From positions 193,194,001 through 193,258,000 of the forward strand of contig NC_086097.1 in the NCBI RefSeq assembly GCF_963921235.1: 64,000 nucleotides of DNA, in the 5' to 3' direction. Positions 38,188 to 50,014 of the stretch are shown piece by piece. A program made the position numbers and the translations under genes. The stretch's first letter is position 1, and each line of letters opens with the position of its first letter. The stretch is from Mobula hypostoma. Lineage: Eukaryota. The notes under the pieces were generated by a model that saw only the letters and a program-made list of their open reading frames with translations, searched no databases and was not told the origin of the DNA.

Positions 38188-38320
38188 AACTCAAGAGATT
38201 CTGCAGATGCTGGAAATCCAAGCAACAAACACTGGAGGAACTCAGCAGGTCAGAAGTCAGCATCTTTGGAAAGGAATAACAAGTCAATATTTTGGACTGA
38301 GACCATTCATCAGGAGCTGA
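38188..38320 (-). mobile_element. Old PLE terminal-repeat fragment
   Basis: tctgcagatgctggaaatcc...ggaggaactcagcagg...gagaccattcatcagga. Confidence 0.7.
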
Positions 38321-39149
38321 TGAATTCCTTCTTGTCAATCACACCAATAGCTGGTGCTGATGGGTCCTTGATAATGGCTGTTGCTTTCCTGTAACAACAT
38401 TTCATGCAGATGTGCACAATGGTGGGGAAGCCTTTACCCATCCCGGACTGGTCCGTATCCACTACTTTTTGTAGGATTTTCCATTCAAGGGCATTGGCAC
38501 CTACATGTACATCAAAACAGACAGTAAAGTGCATTGTTTGTGTCAAATCAAATCAGCGAGGATGGTATTGGGCAGCCTGCAAGTGTCGCCAGGCTTCCAA
38601 TGCCAAGGCAGCGTGTGTAGTACTCACAAACTCTAAACATACATCTTTGGAATGTGAGAGCAAACTGGAGCACTCAGAGGAAAACTGTATGGTCATGGGA
38701 AGAATGTACAGTACATACTCTATACAGACAGCAGTGGGGTATGAACCCAGATCTGTGATTACTGGCACTGTAGTAGTGTTACGCTAGCCTCTACACTACC
38801 ACATTGCCCTTCTTAACGCCTGCTGTAGCTGTCAGCTGTTTTTCAAGCCTCAGGTAGTTTGGTGATGCTAGTAAGTTGCTCTTGGTTGCCTTGATATTTC
38901 TTACCAAGGTATATTTAGTCCTTAATACTCTCACTTCTTCATCCAAGCATTTTCCAAAATGGAGAAGCATTAATTTATCATTTGATGGAGGATACTAGGT
39001 GTCATCAAGGTTTACTAGCCCTTGTGTAGCCTGATAGCAAGAGACTCTGTAGGACCTGAGTCAATGTTGAGAACTCTCACTCTCCCCTGTCCACCCTTGT
39101 GTCATCATTTCCTGCTAATAGTGTAGTTCTTACTGAGTAATAAAGATAG

Positions 39150-40075
39150 ATAAATTTTGGATGCATGGTATGATGGCTTCTGGAACAACAGACCCAAATC
39201 AGTAAGGTTAGGCAGCAACATCTCCACCATAGTTATCCCCAAAACTGGTATCCCACAATGCTGCATCCCGAGCCTTACACTATACTCCCTGAACACGCAT
39301 GACTGCATGGCCAGGTTCTGCCGTAACTTCATCTACAAGTTTGCAGATGATGCCACCATACATAGTGGGCCCGACCTCAAATAATGATGATCGGACTCCA
39401 GGAAGGAGAGAGTGAAAGAAAGTGTCTGGTGTCATAATGTATAGACAACAACCTTTCCCTCTGTGTCAGTAAAACAAAAGAGCTGGTCCCTAACTACAGG
39501 AAGGGGGGTGGTGGTGGTGGTGTACGTGCTCTAATGGTGCTGAGGTCAAGAGGGTTGAGAGCTTCATGTTCCTTGGAGTGAACATCACCAGCAGCCTGTC
39601 CTAGTCCAACCGCATAGACCCAAGACCAAGAAACCATGTCTGCGCCTCTACTTCCTCAGCCGGTTAAATAAGTTTGACGTCTCCCTTTAACCACCATTTT
39701 TAATAAATGCACTATCAAAAGCATCCTATGTGGGTACATCATATGTGGGTATGGCAACTGCTCTGCCCAAGACAGCACAAAACTGCAGAGAATTGTGGAT
39801 GTACTAGCTCAGCATATCACAGAAATCAGTCGCCCCTCCAAAGAGTCCATGTCTGCATTTGTTGCTGCCTTGGTAAGGCAGCAAACATAAACAAAAACCT
39901 CACCCATCCTGGACATTCCCTCTTCTCCCCTCTTCCATTGGGCAGAAAGTACAAAAACCCAAATCGAAGACGTCTCCTATCCTGCTGGTATATGACTGGT
40001 ATGATAGACGGACTCGACCTCATTACGGCCTTGCATGTTATTGTCTGCCTGCACAGCACTTTTTCTGTCACTGTC
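39150..40075 (+). mobile_element. Degenerate Rex1/Babar-like LINE 3' part
   Basis: TGIPQCCIPSLTLYSLNTHDC...YKFADDAT; THPGHSLFSPLPLGRKY. Confidence 0.8.
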
Positions 40076-41262
40076 TGTTAGCTTCTAATATAGGCAGCGA
40101 TCACCAGATGTTTGTAAGGAAATTGCAATATCCACAGGACCAGAAGTGACTGTGAGTCTTGTGCTTCGGTCCATGTTAGGTGGTAGGATTTTACTCATAT
40201 TCCATTTTAAAGTATTGATCGTGATACAGTTGAATAGAATGCTTCACCATTTCAGAAAGTGGTTAAGTATTGAAGAGATTGTTGCGTATTTGAGTCATGT
40301 TATAGACCTAACTGGGTAAAGGTGGCAGATTTCTGTGTCACAAATCCTGATTGTCCTCACCACTGTACACACCCACCTACCGTGCTTCCACTCAATTCCT
40401 AGTCTAAGCCTCTCTAACCACACCTCATGATTACTAGGTCACATCTCTCAACTATTCCATCTAATTGACAATCTAACCCTCTCCACCCTTCTGTGAGAAG
40501 ACTGACCTTCTCTAGTAGCTGATTGAAAGCCAGCACATTGAGATTTCACATTTTAAAGCTGTTTCAAAGGTCAATTACTAGCTGACCTTTGAATAAACCA
40601 CACAGTATGAAATTAATGTGTCTTTACAGACATCACACAGTTTTTCACCACTTATCTCTGATCAACATAGGACAGGTTCTAGAAGAAGTTGTACAGTACC
40701 AGTGTTGTATTTCCTGTGTATTCAATGGCAGTTTTATATTGGATGAGGATTTTGCTGGTAGTGCTGCGTGCCTTCTCCCAATCAGATCACAGTAAAGATA
40801 ACAAATCTCAATGAAGAGTTGGTGTAACCACAAGGGTTTCTGTTGCCTGAACATATAGCAAATATGTAACCTTGTGCATTGTGATTGTCACTGTGCAGGA
40901 TTCAGAATGTTTCTGCTTTTGTGACATGCAGACTTTATAATCCAACTCACCCTGGTCGACCTCTCCCTTTTACACTTCGTAAAAACGTCCTTTAAACTCA
41001 TGTTTCCATGTTGTGATTCTCACAACATACTGGCCGCAGCTCTGCTTCTGCAGTTGTTTAATCAACTGCTCATCCCTGTTCTCACATCCCTCGCTGTAGG
41101 ACAGCTCCCCATTTCAGCCTTTTTACCATGAATATATCTGTACTTTCAAGTTCTAGCCTCCTGAACATCACTCAATGACAGCCATGCTTTCAGCTACGAT
41201 TACCCTAAGCCATAGAATTCAGTCCCTATATCCCAAACTCTCTCTCTAATTCTGCGATCTAG

Positions 41263-41708
41263 TTGAGATATTCTGTAAAATCTTCTGTAAAAAATGGCTC
41301 AGAATATTGGACAATATCTAGTAACGTGAGGAAACAAACTGAAGCAGCAGGGATATGGTTCTTGAGGAGGATGCAAAGAATATTATGGATGAAACGAATA
41401 TCTAATGAGGATGTCATGAACAGAGCAAACACAAAAAGAGGAATAATGTATGACACCACGAAAAGGCAACGTAACTTCATTGGACATGTGATTAGGAAAG
41501 AGGAGTTAGAATGCACGGTAATTATGGGAAAGATTGAAGGGAAGAATGCAAGAGGAAGACAAGGACAAGTGATGATGGAGACAGCAGCCAAAGAACTGGA
41601 AGTGAATACCAATGAATTGATCCACTTGACCCAATACAGGAGTGTGTGGGCCATGGCAGTCAAAGCTCAAACTGGGCATGGCACCTGATGATGGCGATGA
41701 TGATGATC
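41263..41708 (+). mobile_element. RTE-clade LINE 3' end with (GAT)n tail
   Basis: GSEYWT...EAAGIWFLRRMQRILW...FIGHVIRKEELE...GKIEGKNARGRQ; tail tgatgatggcgatgatgatgat. Confidence 0.88.
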
Positions 41709-41719
41709 CAGGTCCATAC

Positions 41720-43140
41720 AAGAAAACCAGGTATGACTTGTGGAGGACTATTTCAAGAGCCAGGGAACAATTCTAGGAGGGGTTGGCAGTGACATCAGAT
41801 ATACGTCAACTCTGGCAGGGTTTGCAGGACTTTACTTCCTACACAGCAAAACCGAGCATCATGAATGGCAGCGATGCTTCACTACCAGATGAGCTCAATG
41901 CCTTTTATGGTTGCTTTGAAAGGGAGAATAAAACCACAGCTATGAGTATCCCTGCTGCATCCAATGACCCCGTGACCTCTGTTTCGGAGGCTGACGTCAG
42001 GCTGCTTTCAAGAGGGTGAATCCTCACAAGGCAGCAGGACCGGATGGAAGTATCTGGTAAGGCTCTGAAAACTTGTGCCAACCAACTGGGGGCAGTATTC
42101 AAAGACATTTTCAGTCTCTCAGTGCTGCAGTTGGAAGTTCCCACCTGCTTCAAAAGCGCAAAAATTATACCAGTGCCAAGAAGAGCAGGGTGAGCAGGCT
42201 GAACCACTATCATCCGGTAGCTTTCACATCTACCATGATGAAATACTTTGAGAGGTTGGTCGTGGCTAGAATCGACTCCTGCCTCAGCAAGGACCTGATC
42301 CCACTGCAATTTGCCTATCGCTACAATAGGTCTACAGCAGACACATTCCCAGTGGCTCTCCGCGTGGCCTTGGATCACCTGGACAATGCAAATACGTATG
42401 GCAGGGTGCTGTTTATTGTCTATAGCTCAGCATTTAACACCATCATTCCTACAGCCTTGATCAAAAAGCTACAGAATCTGGACATCTGTACCTCCCTCTG
42501 CAAGTGGCTCCTCAACTTCCTAACTGGAAGATTACGATCAACGTGGATCAGAAATAACATCTCCACCTCGCTGACAGTCAACACTGGCACTCCACAGGGA
42601 TGTGTGCTTAGCCCACTGCTCTACCCTCTCTAGCGCCATGACTGTGTGGCTCAGCATAGCTCAAAAAGCATCTATAAATTTGCTATTTCGTGATACAACC
42701 ATTATTGACAGAATTTCAGATGGTGATGAAAGGGCATAGAGGAGCGAGATATACCAGTTAGTTGAGTGGTGTCACAGCAACAACCTTGCTCGCAACATCA
42801 GCAAGAGCAAAGAGCTGATTGTGGACTTCAGGAAGGGTAAGACGAGGTAACACAAACAAGCCCTCATAGAGGGATCAGAAATGGAGAGAGTGAGCAAGTT
42901 CCTGAGTGTCAATATCTCTGAGGACCTAACCTGGATGCAACATATTGATGCAGCTACAGAGAAGGCTAGACAGCGGCTATATTTCATTAGGAGTTTGAGG
43001 GAATTTGGTTTGTCAACTAAAACATTCAAACTTCTACAAATGTACCTTGGAGAGCATTCTGACTGGCTGCATCACTGCCTGGTATGGGGGGTGGTGCACG
43101 GGGCTACTGCACAGGATCAAAATAAGTTGCAGAAATTGAA
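41720..43140 (+). mobile_element. Rex1/Babar-like LINE, truncated at a CR1 stack
   Basis: RQLWQGLQ, LPDELNAFY, LNHYHPVAFTSTMMKYFERLV, LQFAYRYNRST, SSAFNTI, TGTPQGCVLSPLL, KARQRLYFIR. Confidence 0.9.
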
Positions 43141-43449
43141 GTACAAAGTATAAAGTATTGAGTATAGGAGTTGGGATGTTATGGCAAGGTTGTATAAGAC
43201 ATTGATGAGGCCAAACTTGGAATATTGTGTGCAGTTCTGGTCACCTAACTATAGCAAGGATATCAGAAAAATTGAAAGAGTGCAGAGAAGATTTACTAGG
43301 ATATTTGCCAGGTCTTCAGGAGTTGAGTTACAGGGAAAGATTGAACAGGTTAGGACTTTATTACTTGGAACGTAGAAGAATGAGGGGAGATTTGATAGGG
43401 GTTTTCAAAAAAATGAGGGGTATAGACAGAGTAAATGTAGACAGAGTAA

Positions 43450-46158
43450 GGGTTTAGATGGGGCAGAGTTTGTCAAGTGTGTTCAGGACAGATTCCTGTC
43501 ACAGTATGTGGATAGGCCGACTAGGGGGAATGCCATACTAGATCTAGTACTAGATAATGAACCGGGTCAGGTCACAGATCCCTCAGTGGGTGAGCATCTG
43601 GGTGACAGTGACCACTGCTCCCTGGCCTTAAGCATTATCATGGAAAAGGATAGAATCATAGAGGACGGGAAAATTTTTAATTGGGGAGGGGCAAATTATG
43701 AGGCTATAAGGCTAGAACTTGCGGGTGTGAATTGGGATGATGTTTTTGCAGGGAAATGTACTATGGATATGCGGTCGATGTTTAGAGATCTCTTGCAGGA
43801 TGTTAGGGATAAATTTGTCCCGGTGAGGAAGATAAAGAATGGTAGGGTGAAGGAACCATGGGTGACAAGTGAGGTGGAAAATCTAGTCAGGTGGAAGAAG
43901 GCAGCATACATGAGGTTTAGGAAGCAAGGATCAGATGGGTCTATTGAGGAATATAGGGAAGCAAGAAAGGAGCTTAAGAAGGGGCTGAGAAGAGCAAGAA
44001 GGGGACATGAGAAGGCCTTGGCGAGTAGGGTAAAGGAAAACCCCGAGGCAATCTTCAATTATGTGAAGAACAAAAGGATGACAGGAGTGAAGGTAGGACC
44101 GATTAGAGATAAAGGTGGGAAGATGTGCCTGGAGGCTATGGAAGTGAGCGAGGTCCTCAATGAATACTTCTCTTCGCTATTCAGCAATGAGAGGGAACTT
44201 GATGATGGTGAGGACTATATGAGTAAGGTTGATGTTCTGGAGCATGTTGATATTAAGGGAGAGGAGGTGTTGGAGTTGTTAAAATACATTAGGATGGATA
44301 AGTCCCCGGGGCCTGATGGAATATTCCCCAGGCTGCTCCATGAGGCGAGGGAAGAGATTGCTGAACCTCTGGCTGGGATCTTTATGTCCTCGTTGTCCAC
44401 GGGAATGGTACCGGAGGGTTGGAGGGAGGCGAATGTTGTCCCCTTGTTCAAAAAAGGTAGTAGGGATAGTCCGGGTAATTATAGCCTGGTGAGCCTTACG
44501 TCTGTGGTGGGAAAGCTGTTGGAAAAGATTCTTAGAGATAGGACCTATAGGCATTTGGAGAATCATGGTCTGATCAGGGACAGTCAGCATGGCTTTGTGA
44601 AGGGCAGATCGTGTCTAACAAGCCTGATAGAGTTCTTTGAGGAGGTGGCCAGGCATATTGATGAGGGTAATGCAGTGGATGTGATCTATATAGATTTTAG
44701 TAAGACTTTTGACAAGGTTCCACACGGTAGGCTTATTCAGAAAGTCAGAAGGCATGGGATCCAGGGAAGTTTGGCCAGGTGGATTCAGAATTGGTTTGCC
44801 TGTAGAAAGCAGAGGGTCATAGTGGAGGGAGTACATTCAGATTGGAGGATTGTGACTAGTGATGTCGCACAAGGATCTGTTCTGGGACCTCTACTTTCCG
44901 TGATTTTTATTAGCGACCTGGATGTAGGGGTAGAGGGGTGGGTTGACAAGTTTGCAGATGACACAGAGGTTGATGGTGTCATAGATCTTGTAGAGGATTG
45001 TCAAAGATTGCAGGGAGACATTGTATGGATGCAGAAGTGGGCTGAGAAGTGGCAGATGGAGTTCAACCCGGAGAAGTGTGAGGTGGTACACTTTGGAAGG
45101 ACAAACTCCAAGGCAGAGTACAAAGTAACTGGCAGGATACTTGGGAGTGTGGAGGAGCAGAGGGATTTGGGGGTACATGTCCACAGATCCCTGAAAGTTG
45201 CCTCACAGGTAGATAGGGTAGGTAAGAAAGCTTATAGGAAGGACCACTCTCTGTGTGAAGAAGTTTTTCCTAATCTCGGGGAGGTCTTTTAGGACCGAGA
45301 TTAGGAAAAACTTCTTCACACAGAGAGTGGTGAATCTGTGGAATTCTCGGCCACAGGAAACAGTTGAGGCCAGTTCATTGGCTATATTTAAGAGGGAATT
45401 AGATATGGCTCTTGGGGCTAAAGGGATCAGGGGATATGGAGGGAAGGCTGGTGCAGGATTCTGAGTTAGATGATCAGCCATGATCATACTGAATGGCGGT
45501 GCAGGCTCGAAGGGCCGAATGGCCTACTCCTGCACCTATTTTCTATGTTTCTATGTTTCTATAACTTGAGGGATAAAGTTTAAGAGTCGCGATGTAATGA
45601 TGCAGCTCTATAAAACTCTGGTTAGGCCACAATTGAGGTACTGTGTCCAGTTCTGGTCACCTCACTATAGGAAGGATGTGGAAGCATTGGAAAGGGTGCA
45701 GAGGAGATTTACCAGGATGCTGCCTGGTTTGGAGAGTATGCATTATGATCAGAGATTAAGGGAGCTAGGGCTTTACTCTTTGGAGAGAAGGAGGATGAAA
45801 GGAGATGTGATAGAGGTGTACAAAATAATAAGAGGAATTGATAGAGTGGATAGCCAGCGCCTCTTCCCCAGGGCACTACTGCTCAATACAAGAGGACATG
45901 GCTTTAAGGTAAGGGGTGTGAAGTTCAAGGGGGATATTAGAGGAAGGTTTTTTACTCAGAGAGTGGTTGGTGCGTGGAATACACTGCCTGAGTCAGTGGT
46001 GGAAGCAGATACACTCGTGAAGTTTAAGAGACTACTAGACAGGTATATGGAGGAATTTAAGGTGGGGCGTTATATAGGAGGCAGGGTTTGAGGGTCGGCA
46101 CAACATTGTGGGCCGAAGGGCCTGTAATGTGCTGTACTTTTCTATGTTCTATGTTCTA
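43450..46158 (+). mobile_element. Young CR1-like LINE B (long open ORF2 segment), interrupted by CR1 C
   Basis: 594-aa ORF 43508-45292 (SDHC, KSPGPDGI, DFSKTFDKVPH, QGSVLGPLL, KFADDT). Resumes at 45561 with LYKTLVRPQL...; (ttctatg)n tail. Confidence 0.95.
45243..45560 (+). mobile_element. CR1-like 3' end C with a 37-bp inverted duplication at its 5' end
   Basis: 45243-45279 is the perfect reverse complement of 45295-45331; (tttctatg)n tail. Confidence 0.9.
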
Positions 46159-46639
46159 TGTGAGTAGGCTCTGTCCACTTAGAATAGGAGAGATAAACAT
46201 GAGAGGACATGGCTTTAGGGTGAAAGGGGAAAGATTTAGGGGGGACATTAGGAGGAACTTCTTCACCCAGGGTGGTGGGAGTGTGCGACGAGCTGCCATC
46301 TGATGTGGTAAATGCGGGCTCACTCTTAAGTTTTAAGAACAAATTGGATAGATATATTGATGGAAGAGGTCTGGAGGGTTATGGACTGGGTGCAGGTCAA
46401 TGGGGCTAGTGGAATAAAGTTCAGGCACAGATTAGAAGGACCGAATGGCCTGTTTCTGTGCTGTATTGTTCTATGGTTCTAAAATCTTAGAACAAGCTTT
46501 TGGTCATCTCATTTATGAGTTAAGCATCCAGTTTTATTTGACACCTCTGAAGAAGCACATTGAGAAGCTTTCACATATTAAAGCTAGTACATAAATGGGA
46601 GATTTTAAACTTACAGAGGAAGAAAATCGTACTGTTGGG

Positions 46640-47912
46640 ACAGTAGCTTGCAAGGAATAAGCTGGTAAGTTTTTTGAAGAAAATGATAACCATAAAGTTT
46701 ACAAGATAAGTGAATAGGGAGCTCAGTGTAAAGGTACGCTTAGGAGCCAGTGAACATAATTTGATAAAATTCACCCTGGTGTTTGAGAGAGAAAGAAGCT
46801 AAAGTTTAACACATTAGTGGAGTACAAAAAACAATAAAACAATGAGAGAGGAGGGGCCAAAGTTGATTGGAAGGGGGCACTAGCTATAAAGACTGTAGTG
46901 CAGCTATGGCTGAAGTTTCTGAAAGTAATTTGGAAGACACAGGATTGGTTTAGCATGGTTTCCTTTAAGGAGAAATCTTGACTGACAAATGTGTTGGAAT
47001 TCTTTGAGGAAATAACAGACAGAATAAACAAAGGAGAGTCAGTGGATATTGTTTACTTGGATTTTCAGAAGGTATTTGACAAGGGGCCGCATATGAGGCT
47101 TCCAAACCAGATAAGAGCCCATTCTATTACAGTAAAGATAATTGCATGGATAGAAGATTGGCCCTCTGGTAGGAGGCAAACAGTGGAAATAAAGGGAGCT
47201 TTTTCTGGTTGGCTACCAGTAACTAGTGGTGTTCTGCAGGAATCGATGTTGGGGCCACTTCTTTTCACGTTATATGTCAATGATTTGGTGACAGAATTGA
47301 TAGCTTTGTGGCCAGATTTGTGGATAATATGCAGAGAGGTGGGGCAGGTAGTGGTGAGAAAGCAAAGAGTCTGCAGAAGGACTGGAACAGATCGGGAGAA
47401 TGGGCAAGGAAGTGGCAGATGGAATATAGTGTAGGGAAGAATATGGTTATGCACATTGGTAGAAGGAATAAAGGCATAGACTATTTTTAAATGGGGAGAA
47501 AATTAAAAAATCAAAGGAACTTGGGAGTCCTTGTGCAGGGTTCCCTAAAGGTTAATTTGCAGTTTGAATCAGTGGTAAGGAATGCAAGTGCAATGTTATT
47601 GTTCATTTTGAGAGGACTAGAATATAAAAGCAAGGATGTAATGGTGAGGCTCTAAAAGGTATTGGTCAGACCACACTTTAAAGTATTGTGAGCAGCTTTT
47701 GTCCCCTTATCTAAAAAAAGATCTGCTGGCATTGTTGCGGATCTAGAGGAGGTTCACAGCAATGATCCCAGGAATAAAAGGGTTAACATATGAGAAGTGT
47801 TTGATGGTTCAGGGCCTGTACTCACTAGAGATTAGAAGAATCTAATTGAAACCTATCAAATATTGAAAGGCCTATATAGAATGGTTTGGAGAGGATGTTT
47901 CCTATCGTGGGG
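46640..47912 (+). mobile_element. Degenerate, internally deleted CR1-like LINE
   Basis: LEFFEEITDR...VYLDFQKVFDK...VTSGVLQESMLGPLLF. Confidence 0.85.
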
Positions 47913-48542
47913 TACAAATTTTTAGCTTGCATTCCTGAGTTGTCCCCATATCTACTCTAGATTTGCCTAGGTCAACCAGCTGTATCAGTTTGTATGATAA
48001 GAGTTCCATTGAAGGCCACAGCAGAACAACATCCTATCCGAATTCAATAAGATTTGTAATGTTTTCATCAGTATTCCTTCAATACCAGCCAGAAACGAAG
48101 ACATTAATTTATGCTATCACTACAATTAAGTAGCAGCTGCAAATTTTTAACCGTTGATTCAGTCACTTCATATAAGACCAGATGTTCTCTGTGACTCTCT
48201 AAATAATGGGAAAGCTCACTGCTCTGGGAGAGCTGCAGGTTGTTCTTTTCAGCCTAATGAGAACAAATGATTTTGTTTTGCTTAATGCTTCATAGAGTAA
48301 AGATGAGTGGGGATATAAAGACACGTATCTAACCTGTATTTCTAGCACATGAAATGGTGAAGATTTATGCTGTATAACATGAAATAGCAATTACAGTCAC
48401 AGAAGGAATGCTTGTTACAAATGTTAAAATTGCTGGTGAGACTCCCCTACTGCTATCCGACACTGATCTTGATGTCCACAATTTTAACCTGTCTTTCTGA
48501 TCACATGAGAAGAACACCCACATGACCCTTTTCTGAAACATG

Positions 48543-48621
48543 GCTAATTAACTCCAGTGCACTATTAGAGCCCATCTATTGCTAATTAACTCCAGTATAC
48601 CATTAGAACCCATCTATTGCT
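48543..48621. repeat. 38-bp tandem duplication
   Basis: gctaattaactccagtgcactattagagcccatctatt / gctaattaactccagtataccattagaacccatctatt, 4 mismatches. Confidence 0.9.
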
Positions 48622-50014
48622 TTCACTGAGGCATCAACCAATGTTGATTGATACTTGCTTTTTAGGAACATGTCGCCAGAAGGGTAATCATAACCACAAG
48701 AGTCCCAAATAATAAGGCCCTAGGAATTTATTATATTAGCATTTTGTTTTTGTGCGGTAGAATTTATTGAAAACCTGATTCCGATATACAGTGGAGTAAT
48801 TACTGGACTGTTCTTAATTGCACTAAAAATTGTGCTTGAATCCTCCATGTGAATGGCACGTTTTTGCACAGAGGCATGTGGTATGAAATAAAAAGTAAAT
48901 GCCTCTTCTGCAAATAGAGCAGGTGTCTTAGCTTTATCATAAAGGTGGCCTGCCTATGCATACTTGTGCCCAATACTTTGAATCATCCGTGGACTGGATC
49001 CCTACAAGTTCTTTAATTGCAGGTCATTTGGATCTTCTGACCCCACCTCAAATGCACCCAACAGTAATCACACCATTCAGCGCCATCACCCACACTTATG
49101 CCTTGCGCAGCATCCATCATCAGGGATCACCACCACTCACTGCTGCCATCAGGAAGAGGGACTCAGGAGTAGTCCCTCTGGGATCAAAGGGGAAAACTCC
49201 ACCAGTTTCACTTGCCCCATCATTGAAATATTCCCATAGCCTAGACTCACTTTCAAGGACTCTTCATCTCATCTTCTCGTTATTTATTGCATACCTATTT
49301 ATTATTTTTGTCTCTTGCTTTTCTTTATTTGCACAACTTGTTGTCTTTTGCAACACTCACCTGCAGAGTATTTTGTGTTGTTGTCTTTTGCACACTGGTT
49401 GAATGCCCAAGTTGGTGCAGTCTTCCATTGATTCTATTATGGTTATTATTCTATAATAGATTTATTCATAAGGCCCACAGGAAAATGAATCTCTAGGTTG
49501 TGCGTGGTGACATATATGCACTTTGATAATAAATTTACTATGAACTTTGAATCTTATGGTCTTTCTCAACCTAACAGCCTCATCCATCTTAAAACATTTG
49601 AAGATGGTGCTAAAATTGGCCATATGGTCCAGCAAGGACAAGAAAGCTTTAGACTACAAGAACATATAGATTATCTTGTCAAATTGGTCAATAAATGGTA
49701 AGGGAAGTGTAAAGTAATACATTTCAAGAGTTGGAACAATCAAGGGAAATAGTAATAAATTGGATGATATTGAGTGGTGTGCAGGAACAAAAAAACCTTG
49801 GAATGTATGCATGCAAAAATCAGATAGCAGGTCAAGCAAGTTAGTTATAAACAACACAGACTGTTGTCCTATTTTAGCCTGAGGCATTGAAAATAACAAG
49901 GAAGTAATGATAGAACTGTATAAAATGCTACTCGGAGCACAGCTTGAGTTCTACATAAGTGAAAGGTGTGACTGATCTGAAGATGATGCAGAGACTTATT
50001 GTTAGAAATAGTAG

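Larger units (their letters stand above)
43150..46481 (+). mobile_element. CR1-like 3' fragment A (43150-43438, resuming 46159-46481), split by CR1 B
   Basis: ...MRGIDRVNV| continues as |SRLCPLRIGEINMRGHGFRVKGERF after the insertion. Confidence 0.85.

Noticed and set aside
43508..45292. 594-aa ORF as a host or domesticated gene
   Set aside because: It is a 5'-truncated CR1 ORF2 interrupted by another insertion; its last residues come from the inverted filler.
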